DNA of 64,000 nucleotides, taken from contig JAKFBS010000001.1 in assembly GCA_036677065.1 (NCBI GenBank), forward strand, positions 160,001-224,000, in the 5' to 3' direction. Shown in pieces: positions 48,911 to 58,652 of this stretch. The translations under genes were made by a program, and so were the position numbers. Source of the stretch: Bdellovibrio sp. (GTDB lineage: Bacteria; Bdellovibrionota; Bdellovibrionia; Bdellovibrionales; Bdellovibrionaceae). Position 1 is the stretch's first letter, and every line of letters begins with the position of its first letter. The notes beneath the pieces were generated by a model. That model was not told where the DNA came from. It saw only the letters and a program-made list of their open reading frames with translations, and did not search any database.

Positions 48911-48926
48911 TGGCATTGCAGTTGCT
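48911..48926 (+). promoter_or_regulatory. Sigma54 -24/-12 promoter
   Basis: TGGCAT-TGCAG-TTGCT, near-consensus. Confidence 0.75.
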
Positions 48927-48939
48927 ATAAGAAACTCAC

Positions 48940-49086
48940 ATGAAATGGGTTGCAGTTGCATACATCATCGCAGTTTTGGTGATCTCAGCGAAAGCTAAGG
49001 CCATCAGCGACGAAAAAGTAGTAAACTCAAACGTGTTTCAGACAACAGATTTTGTTTTAGATTACCAAGCGAAGATCTCTGAATAA
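48940..49086 (+). CDS. Unannotated 48-aa secreted microprotein
   Basis: MKWVAVAYIIAVLVISAKAKA-ISDEKVVNSNVFQTTDFVLDYQAKISE*; signal-peptide pattern directly after the sigma54 promoter. Confidence 0.6.
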   Translation: MKWVAVAYIIAVLVISAKAKAISDEKVVNSNVFQTTDFVLDYQAKISE

Positions 49087-49184
49087 CTAATTCAGGATCC
49101 CCTCCCAGAACAAGCCTCAGAGCTTTGTTTGGTAAATGTAGATTTGAATTTCAAAATCATACCGGTAACGGTAGCGGTTTTTAA

Positions 49185-49249
49185 AAGGCTTGATTGTGGC
49201 CCCTCCTCGATCAGGCCTTAATTTTTTCTCCTTTCGGAGAATTTTTTTT
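49185..49249 (+). terminator. Tandem hairpins ending the microprotein transcript (may also serve convergent murA)
   Basis: 12-bp stem 49185-49219 with CCCCTCCT in the loop region, then ttctcc-tttc-ggagaa plus T-run. Confidence 0.65.
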
Positions 49250-49272
49250 AAACAATCAATTAAATTTTAAAA

Positions 49273-50526
49273 CTAAGGAACGCGTTTAATTTTTGCGCCT
49301 AAAGCTGAAAGTTTACCTTCTAAATTTTCATAGCCGCGATCTAAGTGATAAATGCGTCCTACTAAAGTTTCACCCGAAGCAACTAAGCCGGCTAATACTA
49401 AACTTGCAGAGGCTCTTAGATCTGTTGCCATAACTGGAGCTCCTGATAAGCCGCCAGGTTTACCGCGTACGACAGCCACTTGAGTTTTAGGAGTAATGTC
49501 TGCACCTAAACGCATTAATTCATTCACATGCATGAAGCGATTTTCAAACACGGTTTCTGTGATCACACTTGTTCCATGTGCCACTGTCATCAAAGCCATA
49601 AACTGTGCTTGTAGATCTGTTGCGAATAACGGATGCGGAGCCGTTGTGATATCTACAGCTTCCCATTTGTCTTGTGGTAAAACGCGAACTGAATCTTTTG
49701 TGGTTTCTATTTTGAAACCTGCTTCTTTCATTTTGTTGATCAGTGCTTCTAGATCGTGTGGGTTACATTTTTCGACAAGAACATTACCTTTTGTAATTGC
49801 ACCCGCGATCATTAATGTTCCGGCCTCGATACGATCAGGCATAATGGCGTGACGAGCAGGAGTTAATTTAGCAACTCCTTCAATTCTCATTACACTTGTT
49901 CCGTGCCCAGTAATTTTTGCGCCCATTTTATTAAGATAGTTTCCTAAATCAACAATCTCAGGTTCTTTGGCGGCATTTTCGATGATCGTAATACCTTCAG
50001 CAAGAGTTGCTGCCATCATTAAATTTTCAGTACCACCGACAGTTGTTTTTTCAAACAATACGGTAGCACCTTGAAGTTTTTTACATTTTGCCAAGACGTA
50101 ACCGTCTTTTAATTCAATCTCTGCACCAAGAGCTTTCATAGCATCTAAGTGAAGATCAATCGGACGAGTTCCGATGGCACAACCACCTGGAAGTGAAACT
50201 ACAGCTTCGCCGTATTTTGCTAGGATTGGACCTAAGCAAAGAATACTTGCGCGCATTTTTCTGACCAGATCGTAATGCGCTTCAAAAGTTTTTAATTTTG
50301 TAACGTTAACACGAAATGTGTGACCATCACGTTTTGATTCACAACCTAAACTTTGTAAAAGCTCTGCTGTTGATTCGATATCTTTAAGAAGTGGAACATT
50401 ATCAAATGTGTGTTCGCCTTCAGCTAAAAGTGTAGAAAATAAAATTGGAAGGGCTGCATTTTTTGCGCCGCTGACGCTGACTGAACCATTTAGTGAAGCG
50501 CCGCCGGTGACTAACATTTTATCCAT
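49273..50526 (-). CDS. murA: UDP-N-acetylglucosamine 1-carboxyvinyltransferase
   Basis: SGAKNAALP, MRAS, PGGCAIGTRP, DRIEAGT, ATDLRA. Confidence 0.97.
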   Translation of the reverse strand: MDKMLVTGGASLNGSVSVSGAKNAALPILFSTLLAEGEHTFDNVPLLKDIESTAELLQSLGCESKRDGHTFRVNVTKLKTFEAHYDLVRKMRASILCLGPILAKYGEAVVSLPGGCAIGTRPIDLHLDAMKALGAEIELKDGYVLAKCKKLQGATVLFEKTTVGGTENLMMAATLAEGITIIENAAKEPEIVDLGNYLNKMGAKITGHGTSVMRIEGVAKLTPARHAIMPDRIEAGTLMIAGAITKGNVLVEKCNPHDLEALINKMKEAGFKIETTKDSVRVLPQDKWEAVDITTAPHPLFATDLQAQFMALMTVAHGTSVITETVFENRFMHVNELMRLGADITPKTQVAVVRGKPGGLSGAPVMATDLRASASLVLAGLVASGETLVGRIYHLDRGYENLEGKLSALGAKIKRVP

Positions 50527-50552
50527 AGAAATATCCGTTCTTTAAAGGGATA

Positions 50553-51413
50553 TTATGCTCTGGCTTTGATGATTCGATCAAGTCCTGACAAGTCTTTTAA
50601 AACTGTAACTTCTTTAAATTTCGGAATGTCGGCAAAGTGCTTTTTCATGATTGCCCCTTGAGTATGGCCCATTTCAAAAAGCATTAGACCTTCGGCCTTT
50701 AAGCAGGGGGCAAATTTAGTCGACCAAGTTTTTAGGGCGTACAAACCAGCGTCATCAGCAAATAATGCTAAGCTTGGTTCATATTTGCGAACGTTAGCCT
50801 CAACTTGCGTGTCGCTCACATCAATATATGGCGGGTTTGAAACGATATAATCAAATTCACCCAAGTCTGAAAGATTTAAACTTTCAACATCAGCATGGAT
50901 GGCTTCAGTACGTTCGCCTAATTCAAGAGATTCGATGTTTTCTTTTACTAAAGCAAAGGCTTCGGCTGATTTTTCAACGGTAATTAGTTTGGCTAAAGGC
51001 ATGTGCTTTAAAATAGATAAGCCAATGCAACCTGTACCAGCACCTAGATCTAAAATACGAACATGGTCTTTGGGGTATTTTTTAAAATCGGCTAAAACGT
51101 CATCAACGATCATTTCGGTTTCGGGGCGCGGAATTAAAACACCAGGCTTAACTTTGAACAAGTGCCCGTAAAACCCTTTTTCTTCAATGATATAAGCCAC
51201 GGGTTCGCCAGCAGTTCTACGCTTAACAAATTCGCGGCAAAGATTAACTTCAGCATCAGTTAACGGAGAATCAAATTTTACATATAATTGAATGCGCGGA
51301 ATTTTAAGTGCGTGTGCAATTAAAAGTTCAGCATCTAAACGAGGCGTATCGAAATTTTTATCTTTGAAGAACTGAATTGTTTTAGAAAGGACTTCATTCA
51401 GTTTCATGTGCAC
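50553..51413 (-). CDS. prmC: Release factor glutamine methyltransferase
   Basis: LIPRPETE, LDLGAGTGCI, SNPPY; follows prfA. Confidence 0.96.
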   Translation of the reverse strand: MHMKLNEVLSKTIQFFKDKNFDTPRLDAELLIAHALKIPRIQLYVKFDSPLTDAEVNLCREFVKRRTAGEPVAYIIEEKGFYGHLFKVKPGVLIPRPETEMIVDDVLADFKKYPKDHVRILDLGAGTGCIGLSILKHMPLAKLITVEKSAEAFALVKENIESLELGERTEAIHADVESLNLSDLGEFDYIVSNPPYIDVSDTQVEANVRKYEPSLALFADDAGLYALKTWSTKFAPCLKAEGLMLFEMGHTQGAIMKKHFADIPKFKEVTVLKDLSGLDRIIKARA

Positions 51414-51419
51414 TCGCTA

Positions 51420-52499
51420 TTAGTAAGCGTTTGAAGCCTGTTTTTTTAGTTGCTCAGCCTGGAAGTATGTATTTATTGGATCAATTAATATTTCAAATTT
51501 TCCGCCCATGACCTGGTCTAACTGGTGAATTGTAAGTCCAATGCGGTGATCAGTGATACGAGTTTGTGGGAAGTTGTAAGTGCGAATACGTTCTGAACGG
51601 TCACCGGTTCCGATTTGATCTAAACGTTGGTCAGAAGCTTCTTTCATACGTTTGTCGTCTTCGATTTGCTGCAATTTTGCAGCTAAAATTTGAAGGGCTC
51701 GGTCTCTATTGCTATGCTGAGACTTACCCTCTTGGCATTTAACTTCGATTCCAGTTGGTAAATGGACGACACGAACAGCTGATTCTGTTCTGTTCACGGA
51801 CTGTCCACCAGCGCCTTGCGAACGCATAGTTTCAAAATGAAGATCACTTTGATTAAGTTTAATATCTTTAATTTCAACTTCAGGAATAACGGCAACAGTT
51901 ACTGTTGAAGTATGAATACGGCCCGCAGCTTCAGTTTTAGGAACACGTTGTACGCGGTGAACGCCTGATTCGTATTTCATTTTTGAAAATACAGACTCGC
52001 CAGAAATAGAAATAATAACCTCTTTGGCTCCACCAACATTACCTTCTGAGTAAGAAACCATTTCGGCTTTCCATCCCATAGTACCAGCGTAGTAAGCGTA
52101 AGCGCGGAATAATTCATCTGCAAAAAGTGAAGCTTCATCGCCACCGGCACCGGCGCGAATCTCTAAAAGAATATTTTTATCATCGTTAGGATCTTTTGGA
52201 AGTAACGCTAATTTTAATTTTTCTTCGATTTGCGGAATTGATTCTTCAAGTTCTTTAACTTCTTCACGAATCATTTCGCGCATTTCAGAATCTTGTTCAG
52301 CCGTTAGAAGTTCTTTGCTTGCTTTAAGAGCGACAGTTTTCTTTTTGTAATCACGGTACAGAACCACGATTTTTTCTAGTTCAGAAAGTTCTTTCATTAA
52401 CGAGAGATATTTTTTCTGGTCAGACGCAATATCAGGACGCTGAAGTGACATGTTCACTTCTTCATATCTTGATTCTACTGAGTCTAATTTTGAAAACAT
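51420..52499 (-). CDS. prfA: Peptide chain release factor 1
   Basis: [14 protein letters not shown] (PxT motif), GAGGQ, RTYNFPQ. Confidence 0.97.
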   Translation of the reverse strand: MFSKLDSVESRYEEVNMSLQRPDIASDQKKYLSLMKELSELEKIVVLYRDYKKKTVALKASKELLTAEQDSEMREMIREEVKELEESIPQIEEKLKLALLPKDPNDDKNILLEIRAGAGGDEASLFADELFRAYAYYAGTMGWKAEMVSYSEGNVGGAKEVIISISGESVFSKMKYESGVHRVQRVPKTEAAGRIHTSTVTVAVIPEVEIKDIKLNQSDLHFETMRSQGAGGQSVNRTESAVRVVHLPTGIEVKCQEGKSQHSNRDRALQILAAKLQQIEDDKRMKEASDQRLDQIGTGDRSERIRTYNFPQTRITDHRIGLTIHQLDQVMGGKFEILIDPINTYFQAEQLKKQASNAY

Positions 52500-52531
52500 T
52501 TGTAAGCTCCGTGATGAAATGCTGGAAAAAC

Positions 52532-52556
52532 AAAAAGCGGCTGTGTAGCCGCTTTT
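52532..52556 (-). terminator. Hairpin between rpmE2 and prfA
   Basis: aaaagcggct-gtgt-agccgctttt. Confidence 0.7.
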
Positions 52557-52580
52557 ATAAATAAATAACCTTGCGAGAAT

Positions 52581-52838
52581 CTATTTTGCAGCTTTTTTGT
52601 CGCCGAATTTTTTCTTGAAACGGTCGATACGGCCTTCAGTATCTAAGATACGTTGTTTGCCAGTGTAAAATGGGTGAGAAGCTGAAGAGATCTCAACTTT
52701 GATTAGTGGATAATCTTTGCCGTCAGTCCATTTAGTAGTTTCTTTAGAATCTAGTGTTGTTGTTCCTAAAAATGAGAAATCACAAGAGATGTCTTTGAAT
52801 ACAACAGTTCTAGTTTTTGGATGTAATGCTTCTTTCAT
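52581..52838 (-). CDS. rpmE2: 50S ribosomal protein L31, type B (zinc-free)
   Basis: MKEALHP...[23 protein letters not shown]; no CxxC pairs; GAGG SD. Confidence 0.92.
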   Translation of the reverse strand: MKEALHPKTRTVVFKDISCDFSFLGTTTLDSKETTKWTDGKDYPLIKVEISSASHPFYTGKQRILDTEGRIDRFKKKFGDKKAAK

Positions 52839-53136
52839 ATCGTCCTCTGCCTTTAATTCGTAAATTCGAGAACCTAGGTGATAGCATAAAAAATGGCCCA
52901 GGCTCAAGCGGAAAACCGCGTTATTTTCAGGGGTTGCTGATGAACGACCTCATCTGAAAGAAGTCGGCAGCTTGAAAAGGGCGATTTTTAGGCTAATCTT
53001 TATCTAAGGTGTAGTTCTATAAGTATTTGAAATTATTAGACATTAACGCAACAAAATAAAATCAAACCGTAACCCCTACGGTAAGGTTCGATTTTAACCG
53101 ACATAGAAGCTAACAGACTTATGTCGGGGTAGATTT

Positions 53137-53475
53137 ATGAATAAAGTATTAATGGGTTTAACTATGCTTTTTATGGTTCTAGCGACTTCATCGGCCCAGG
53201 CCGATTATTCTTCAATTCGCTGTGAGTTCAAAGAAGAAGGCTTGATGGAGGCCGTGTTTGGTAAATTTAAAAAAATACAAACTGAGTGCTGTATGAAGCG
53301 CCTTGAAGCCCACGAAGCCTGTGAAAGCCGTGAAGAATATCAAAAATGCAAAAATGGCGGAAAAGGCACGCTATATGCTGTTGATAGCGGCGTTGAGTGC
53401 TCAGAAGGTTGCAAACTTTTTCGTGAAGATTGCGATGATTTCATAAGCACTAAAGATGTTAATAAACATCTATAA
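53137..53475 (+). CDS. Small secreted Cys-rich hypothetical protein
   Basis: Signal peptide AQA-D, eight Cys in about 90 aa. Confidence 0.65.
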   Translation: MNKVLMGLTMLFMVLATSSAQADYSSIRCEFKEEGLMEAVFGKFKKIQTECCMKRLEAHEACESREEYQKCKNGGKGTLYAVDSGVECSEGCKLFREDCDDFISTKDVNKHL

Positions 53476-53500
53476 GTTAGTTGCGCGCTTTCAGCGCGAC

Positions 53501-54397
53501 TTACTCGACACCATCAAGGTTAGAAACTAATAACGAATCCAGATACAAACAGCCATCAGGGTTTGTATCTACTTTTAACATAGCTACAACGTCAGCGCCT
53601 TTGTTGATTTCAATAAAGGTTGTCGCTGTATCAGTTTTTGGTTCGCTACTAACGCTGACTTTAACTGATTGGCTTAAAGCTTTAGCTAAGCTCTTAGTAA
53701 TTTCTTTTAAATTTTCAGGACAAGAAATATCTGAATCACGTAAACCTAATTGAGGAATGTGATGACTCCACACCATGTGTGATAAAATGCTTAAATCTTT
53801 ATTTTGTAATTGGCTGACAATTTTTTCTAAATCAGCAGCCTTAGAACAGGTAAAGGCCGCATCTGCAGCGTAAGCATCAAGGTAAGCGCTTAAAGTTGAT
53901 TTTGAATCACAGCTAATCGGGCCAAAGTTAACCTCCCAAGCAGGAAGTTCGTCTTGGGCTTTTTTTAAGACCGCAATGGCTTGCGGTACTTTTTCGTTGC
54001 CGATGTTTTTGTAGCAAGTAGCAATATTAAAAACGATGTCGCTGTATTGGCCATCACTGTCTAATGATTTCGGATTTTCTAAAGCGAAACTGTAACTGGC
54101 GCAGCTTGCCACTTTAGACTGAAATTCAGTTTGTTTTTCAGTGCAGTCATCAAGCTTATCAATTTTATCAACTGAAGCCTGGCATTCGATCTGTAAAGAA
54201 GTTGAAATTTCTGCCGGAGCCTGAAAAGCGTCTTGGCCCTGAGCCGTTTCGCTTCCCATTGGCAGATTAATTTTGCCACCTAATAAAAACTTATATAAAA
54301 TCATGAAAATCAGCAAACCACCGAGTAAAAAAGTCAGCGGTAATACAAGTTTTTTGATCAATGGTCTGTCGTCACTAGATTGGTTTTTTTTATCCAT
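53501..54397 (-). CDS. Membrane-anchored Cys-containing hypothetical protein
   Basis: N-terminal TM helix; start overlaps the rho stop. Confidence 0.7.
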   Translation of the reverse strand: MDKKNQSSDDRPLIKKLVLPLTFLLGGLLIFMILYKFLLGGKINLPMGSETAQGQDAFQAPAEISTSLQIECQASVDKIDKLDDCTEKQTEFQSKVASCASYSFALENPKSLDSDGQYSDIVFNIATCYKNIGNEKVPQAIAVLKKAQDELPAWEVNFGPISCDSKSTLSAYLDAYAADAAFTCSKAADLEKIVSQLQNKDLSILSHMVWSHHIPQLGLRDSDISCPENLKEITKSLAKALSQSVKVSVSSEPKTDTATTFIEINKGADVVAMLKVDTNPDGCLYLDSLLVSNLDGVE

Positions 54398-56198
54398 TCA
54401 TACTCTTCAAGAAATCGGCGTTAGTTTTTGCTTTTTCGATTTTATCCATTAAGAATTCCATCGCATCTACAACATTCATTGGCGCTAATACTTTACGTAA
54501 AATCCAAAGACGAGATAAATCACCTTTATCAATTAGTAAATCTTCTTTACGCGTTCCTGATTTGTTGATGTCCATACAAGGGAAAATACGTTTTTCCATT
54601 AACTTACGGTCAAGTTGGATCTCTGAATTTCCAGTACCTTTGAATTCCTCAAAGATAACTTCATCCATACGTGAACCAGTATCAATTAAGGCTGTCGCGA
54701 TAATTGTTAATGAACCGCCCTCTTCGATATTTCTAGCTGCACCGAAGAAACGTTTTGGTTTATGCAAGGCATTTGAATCCACACCGCCCGATAAGATTTT
54801 TCCAGATGGTGGAACAACCGTATTGTAAGCACGAGCTAAACGAGTGATAGAATCTAATAGAATTACAACGTCATGTTTATGTTCAACAAGGCGTTTTGCT
54901 TTTTCTAAAACCATTTCAGCGATTTGTACGTGACGAGTTGGTGGTTCATCGAATGTAGATGAAACAACTTCGCCTTTTACCGTACGTTGCATATCAGTTA
55001 CCTCTTCCGGACGCTCATCGATTAATAAAACGATAAGTTTCACTTCAGGGTGATTAGTGCTGATCGCATTTGCGATATTTTGTAATAAAACTGTTTTACC
55101 AGTTTTAGGCGGGGCAACGATAAGACCACGTTGGCCTTTTCCGATCGGAGACATTAAATCCACAATACGAGTCGTCATTTCAGTTTGTTTATTTTCTAAC
55201 TTAAGCTGTTTGTTAGGATATAACGGCGTCAAATTATCGAATAAGATTTTATCTTTAGAAGCTTCTGGAGCTTCGTAATTTAAAGAATCAACTTTGATTA
55301 AAGCAAAATATCTTTCGCCTTCTTTAGGTACACGTACTGTTCCTGTAACATGATCGCCTGTTCTTAAACCGAACTTACGCATTTGTGACGGAGAAACATA
55401 GATGTCATCTGGACCTGGTAAATAATTGTAATCCGGAGAACGTAAGAAACCGTAACCATCTGGTAGAATTTCTAAAACGCCTGATCCGAAAATATCACCT
55501 AATCTAGCGCCACGTTTTAAAATTTCAAAAACCATATCTTGGCGGCGCATACCGGCTGCATTTTCGATTTTTAATTTAGAAGCTAAATCAGTTAACGCCT
55601 GGATGTTTTTTGATTTTAGATCTTTAGAGTTGAACCAGCTTTTTTCTTCGTCAGTTAAATTGATATCTGTGAAATCGATGTCTTCAACTGGTTGTTGTGA
55701 ATGCTGATGTTGCTGTTGTTGCATTTGTTGTTCGTCATCACGAGCACCCTGGCTGCCAGGACCACGGTTGTTGTCACGGTAGTTACTGCGTTGTTGATTT
55801 TGATTATTATAACGTCCGCCACCTTGGTTTTGACCGTGACGTCCGCCGCCTCCGCCACCACCACCTTGATTGCGGTTTTGGTTGTTATCAAATTTTCTGA
55901 ATTCGCGGCGAGGTTGTTGATGCTGGCCACCTTGTTGTTGCTGTGATTGTTGTTGTGGTGGTGCTGCTGTCGTAGTGCCAGTGTTTTCGCTTGCAGTGGC
56001 AGCTGGTGCTGCTGGTGCAGAGGCTTCTTGTGTTGTTGCTGCGGCTTGAGGAGCAGCAGCTTCAGGGGCTTTTGTCGGAGCAGAATCTACAGCTGGAGTT
56101 GGTTCGCTAGATCCAGCGTCACTTGCTGCATCGGTGCTAGTTTTTCTAAACTTTTTCTTAGTAGTAGTAGGTTCTATGACAACTTCTTTTTTAGCCAA
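54390..56198 (-). CDS. rho: Transcription termination factor Rho with long disordered N-terminal extension
   Basis: [40 protein letters not shown] start after AGGAG. Confidence 0.97.
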   Translation of the reverse strand: MAKKEVVIEPTTTKKKFRKTSTDAASDAGSSEPTPAVDSAPTKAPEAAAPQAAATTQEASAPAAPAATASENTGTTTAAPPQQQSQQQQGGQHQQPRREFRKFDNNQNRNQGGGGGGGGRHGQNQGGGRYNNQNQQRSNYRDNNRGPGSQGARDDEQQMQQQQHQHSQQPVEDIDFTDINLTDEEKSWFNSKDLKSKNIQALTDLASKLKIENAAGMRRQDMVFEILKRGARLGDIFGSGVLEILPDGYGFLRSPDYNYLPGPDDIYVSPSQMRKFGLRTGDHVTGTVRVPKEGERYFALIKVDSLNYEAPEASKDKILFDNLTPLYPNKQLKLENKQTEMTTRIVDLMSPIGKGQRGLIVAPPKTGKTVLLQNIANAISTNHPEVKLIVLLIDERPEEVTDMQRTVKGEVVSSTFDEPPTRHVQIAEMVLEKAKRLVEHKHDVVILLDSITRLARAYNTVVPPSGKILSGGVDSNALHKPKRFFGAARNIEEGGSLTIIATALIDTGSRMDEVIFEEFKGTGNSEIQLDRKLMEKRIFPCMDINKSGTRKEDLLIDKGDLSRLWILRKVLAPMNVVDAMEFLMDKIEKAKTNADFLKSMNG

Positions 56199-56367
56199 TT
56201 TGGACTCCTGGAATGTGATTTTTGGATATTTGATTAAATGCGTTTAAATTAAATAAGAATTAATGGAAAAAATATGTGAATGTTTTTAAAATATCGCTGT
56301 GGGGCTAAATAAAGTCAATCAATTTGAAACACTCGCATTTTTTATCGTTTCAAAATGAGAATTACTC

Positions 56368-56395
56368 TAAATATTTCAAGTACTTAACCCGATAA
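56368..56395 (+). promoter_or_regulatory. Putative sigma28 (FliA) promoter of the PilZ gene
   Basis: TAAA-N16-CCCGATAA. Confidence 0.45.
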
Positions 56396-56470
56396 AATCT
56401 TACAAGATATGCGGACCACCCGACCTTGAATTTTGGGGTCGAAACCACGTGTCTAAACAAGGAGTATCAA

Positions 56471-56833
56471 GTGGATACAATGACCCCATCACCTAGAACG
56501 CCGTTACATTTAGATGTAAGTTTTAGAAGAAGTTATGCCAGGCAGGATTCAGTCGCCGTGCTTAGAAATATTAGTTTGTCTGGAGCTTTTTTAGAATTAG
56601 CAAACCACGATTTACGTGTGGATGAAAAAATTAATTTAACGTTTGTTGTTGCACAACGTGAACGTAAAATCACAGCACAAATTGTTTGGAAAAATTCTTT
56701 GGGTGCGGGTGTAAAGTTCTTGCCACAAAATAATCGCGATGTGCAAATCGTTGATGATTTAATTTACTTCGTTGAAACAAAACGCATGGGCCATCGCGGT
56801 ATTTTAGATGGCATCTTAAAAAAGGCTGCGTAG
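56471..56833 (+). CDS. Single PilZ domain protein
   Basis: NISLSGAF, IVW and GVKF motifs; GTG start after AAGGAG. Confidence 0.82.
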   Translation: MDTMTPSPRTPLHLDVSFRRSYARQDSVAVLRNISLSGAFLELANHDLRVDEKINLTFVVAQRERKITAQIVWKNSLGAGVKFLPQNNRDVQIVDDLIYFVETKRMGHRGILDGILKKAA

Positions 56834-56863
56834 TTTTAATTTAGCGTAATTTATTTTAAAAAT

Positions 56864-56896
56864 AAAAAAGGCTTGGTGTTTAAACCAAGCCTTTTT
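56864..56896. terminator. Bidirectional intrinsic terminator
   Basis: aaaaaggcttgg-N8-ccaagccttttt. Confidence 0.85.
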
Positions 56897-56933
56897 CTTT
56901 TTGTGAATTTTAATTGTTAGATTAAAGTAAACG

Positions 56934-58469
56934 TTAAGTTCCTAAGCCTTCGCCGGCTTGAGCATCATTTGATCTGTAAGCTTGAGCTTTTTTACGTTTA
57001 ACCAGAACAAACGCTAAAGCACCGAATAATAAAACTCCAATACCTAACATTGTCATCATATCATCGCCACCTTCTGCAGCAACTTCTTCACCTTCCATCG
57101 CAGGAGCCTTACTAGGCTTCATTTCTTCTGGCGGAGGAGGCGGAGTAGCAGCAAATTGTGAATCATCTGGCGGCGGTGGCGGTGGCATCGCTGCATCTAA
57201 CGCTGGGTCTGTCGGAGGAGCCGTATTAGCAGCGAAAGCATCAGCTGGAGGTGGTGGAAGATCTGCTTGCGCCGGCGGCGGAGGAAGATCATTCATCGCT
57301 GGTTGCGGAGGAGGAGCTACTGCATCCATCGGAGGCGTTGGATTATTTTGTACGATATTTTGAACTGCAGCTTCAGGAGATTGCGGCACGTCAGCAGAAG
57401 CTGTCGTCGTCGGAGGAGTGATTGCAGCAGGTGATTTCCAGTATTTGAAAGTTTCACCTTCAGCTAATTTCGTTTTAGATTCGATCGCGTTTGTTGACCA
57501 AACTTCTTTCCAAGCATTGTCATAACCTAAAAGTTTTTTAGCAACTTTTCTTAAGTTATCACCTTTTTGTGCCACGTAAGTTTCAGGAATCATACCAGTG
57601 TCTTCAAAGTATGTGATCGTTTTAGAAGAATCAGTCGGGCGATTCGGAGAAACATAAGCGATTTTATCACCAGCGCGAGGAGAACGAGCTTTTAAGAATG
57701 AGTTAATTTTTTTAAGCTCTTTTGTTTTATCTGAACCGTAAATCGTTTGACTGATTTGTTTTAACGACTCTTTAGGATGAGCAATGTAAATTGTATTTAC
57801 GTAACCATCACCGAAAGCGTAAGGAACAGCGTCAGCAACTTTTTTTAATGAAGTTGTTCCGGCACCAGTTGGTTTAGCATCAGCTAAAACCGGAGTAGGT
57901 TCTGCAGGAGCTTCAATTGAAGCTGCCGGAGGAGCCATCGCCGTTGCCGGTGGATCTTGCGGCGTCTCAGTAGGAGTCTCGCTAGGCATTTCGTTCATCG
58001 CTGTTGATAAGCTGTCATCTGCAGGGGCTAAAGCATTCGGATCATCAAGACTTGTATCTTGAGGAGGCAAATCGCTGGCGGCTAAAGAATCTGCTGGAAC
58101 TTCAGCCGGCACATCAGAAGGCGGAGCATCTAAAGAGCTCTCATCTAATGTTGGGGCAGCTGCGATATCTGCAGGCGGAGGATCTTGCGGTACTGAATCC
58201 AGAGATAAATTATCATTCGATGCCGTTGCATCAGTAGATGTTTCACCTAAGGCCGCTTCTAACGAACTATCAGTTGATAAGTTTTCTGATGGAGCCGTGC
58301 CGTCTAAAGCTTGTGAACTACCATCATCTAATGACGGCTCTTCGGCTTCGATTTTATCGACATCTGCGTTTTCAACAAACTCAGCATCATCTTGAGCTTT
58401 GTTCGCTGTGCATGCAGAGAATTGTCCCATTAGGCCAAGTGTGGCTAAAACTAGTAACAGTTTTTTCAT
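56934..58469 (-). CDS. Pro/Asp-rich lipoprotein with LysM-like domains and C-terminal TM helix
   Basis: Lipobox FSAC, YVAQKGDNLRKVAKKLLG, polyproline linkers, C-terminal hydrophobic helix plus KRKK. Confidence 0.75.
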   Translation of the reverse strand: MKKLLLVLATLGLMGQFSACTANKAQDDAEFVENADVDKIEAEEPSLDDGSSQALDGTAPSENLSTDSSLEAALGETSTDATASNDNLSLDSVPQDPPPADIAAAPTLDESSLDAPPSDVPAEVPADSLAASDLPPQDTSLDDPNALAPADDSLSTAMNEMPSETPTETPQDPPATAMAPPAASIEAPAEPTPVLADAKPTGAGTTSLKKVADAVPYAFGDGYVNTIYIAHPKESLKQISQTIYGSDKTKELKKINSFLKARSPRAGDKIAYVSPNRPTDSSKTITYFEDTGMIPETYVAQKGDNLRKVAKKLLGYDNAWKEVWSTNAIESKTKLAEGETFKYWKSPAAITPPTTTASADVPQSPEAAVQNIVQNNPTPPMDAVAPPPQPAMNDLPPPPAQADLPPPPADAFAANTAPPTDPALDAAMPPPPPPDDSQFAATPPPPPEEMKPSKAPAMEGEEVAAEGGDDMMTMLGIGVLLFGALAFVLVKRKKAQAYRSNDAQAGEGLGT

Positions 58470-58652
58470 AATTTATCCTCATCCTTGAAAATAATTGTGA
58501 CGTAAAGTCTTTACTTTCTTACCATATCATTACAACACACAGAATGTGTCGCAGCAAAGTAGATGTATTGATCAGACTTAAAGCTGGACTTGACGAAAGT
58601 TCTTGTTGAAAAACGAAATCACGACCTGCACAAGACTTTGGTCTCGAAATGG

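Noticed and set aside
55655..56237. Overlapping short ORFs on both strands in the rho 5' region
   Set aside because: By-products of the trinucleotide low-complexity coding of the Rho extension
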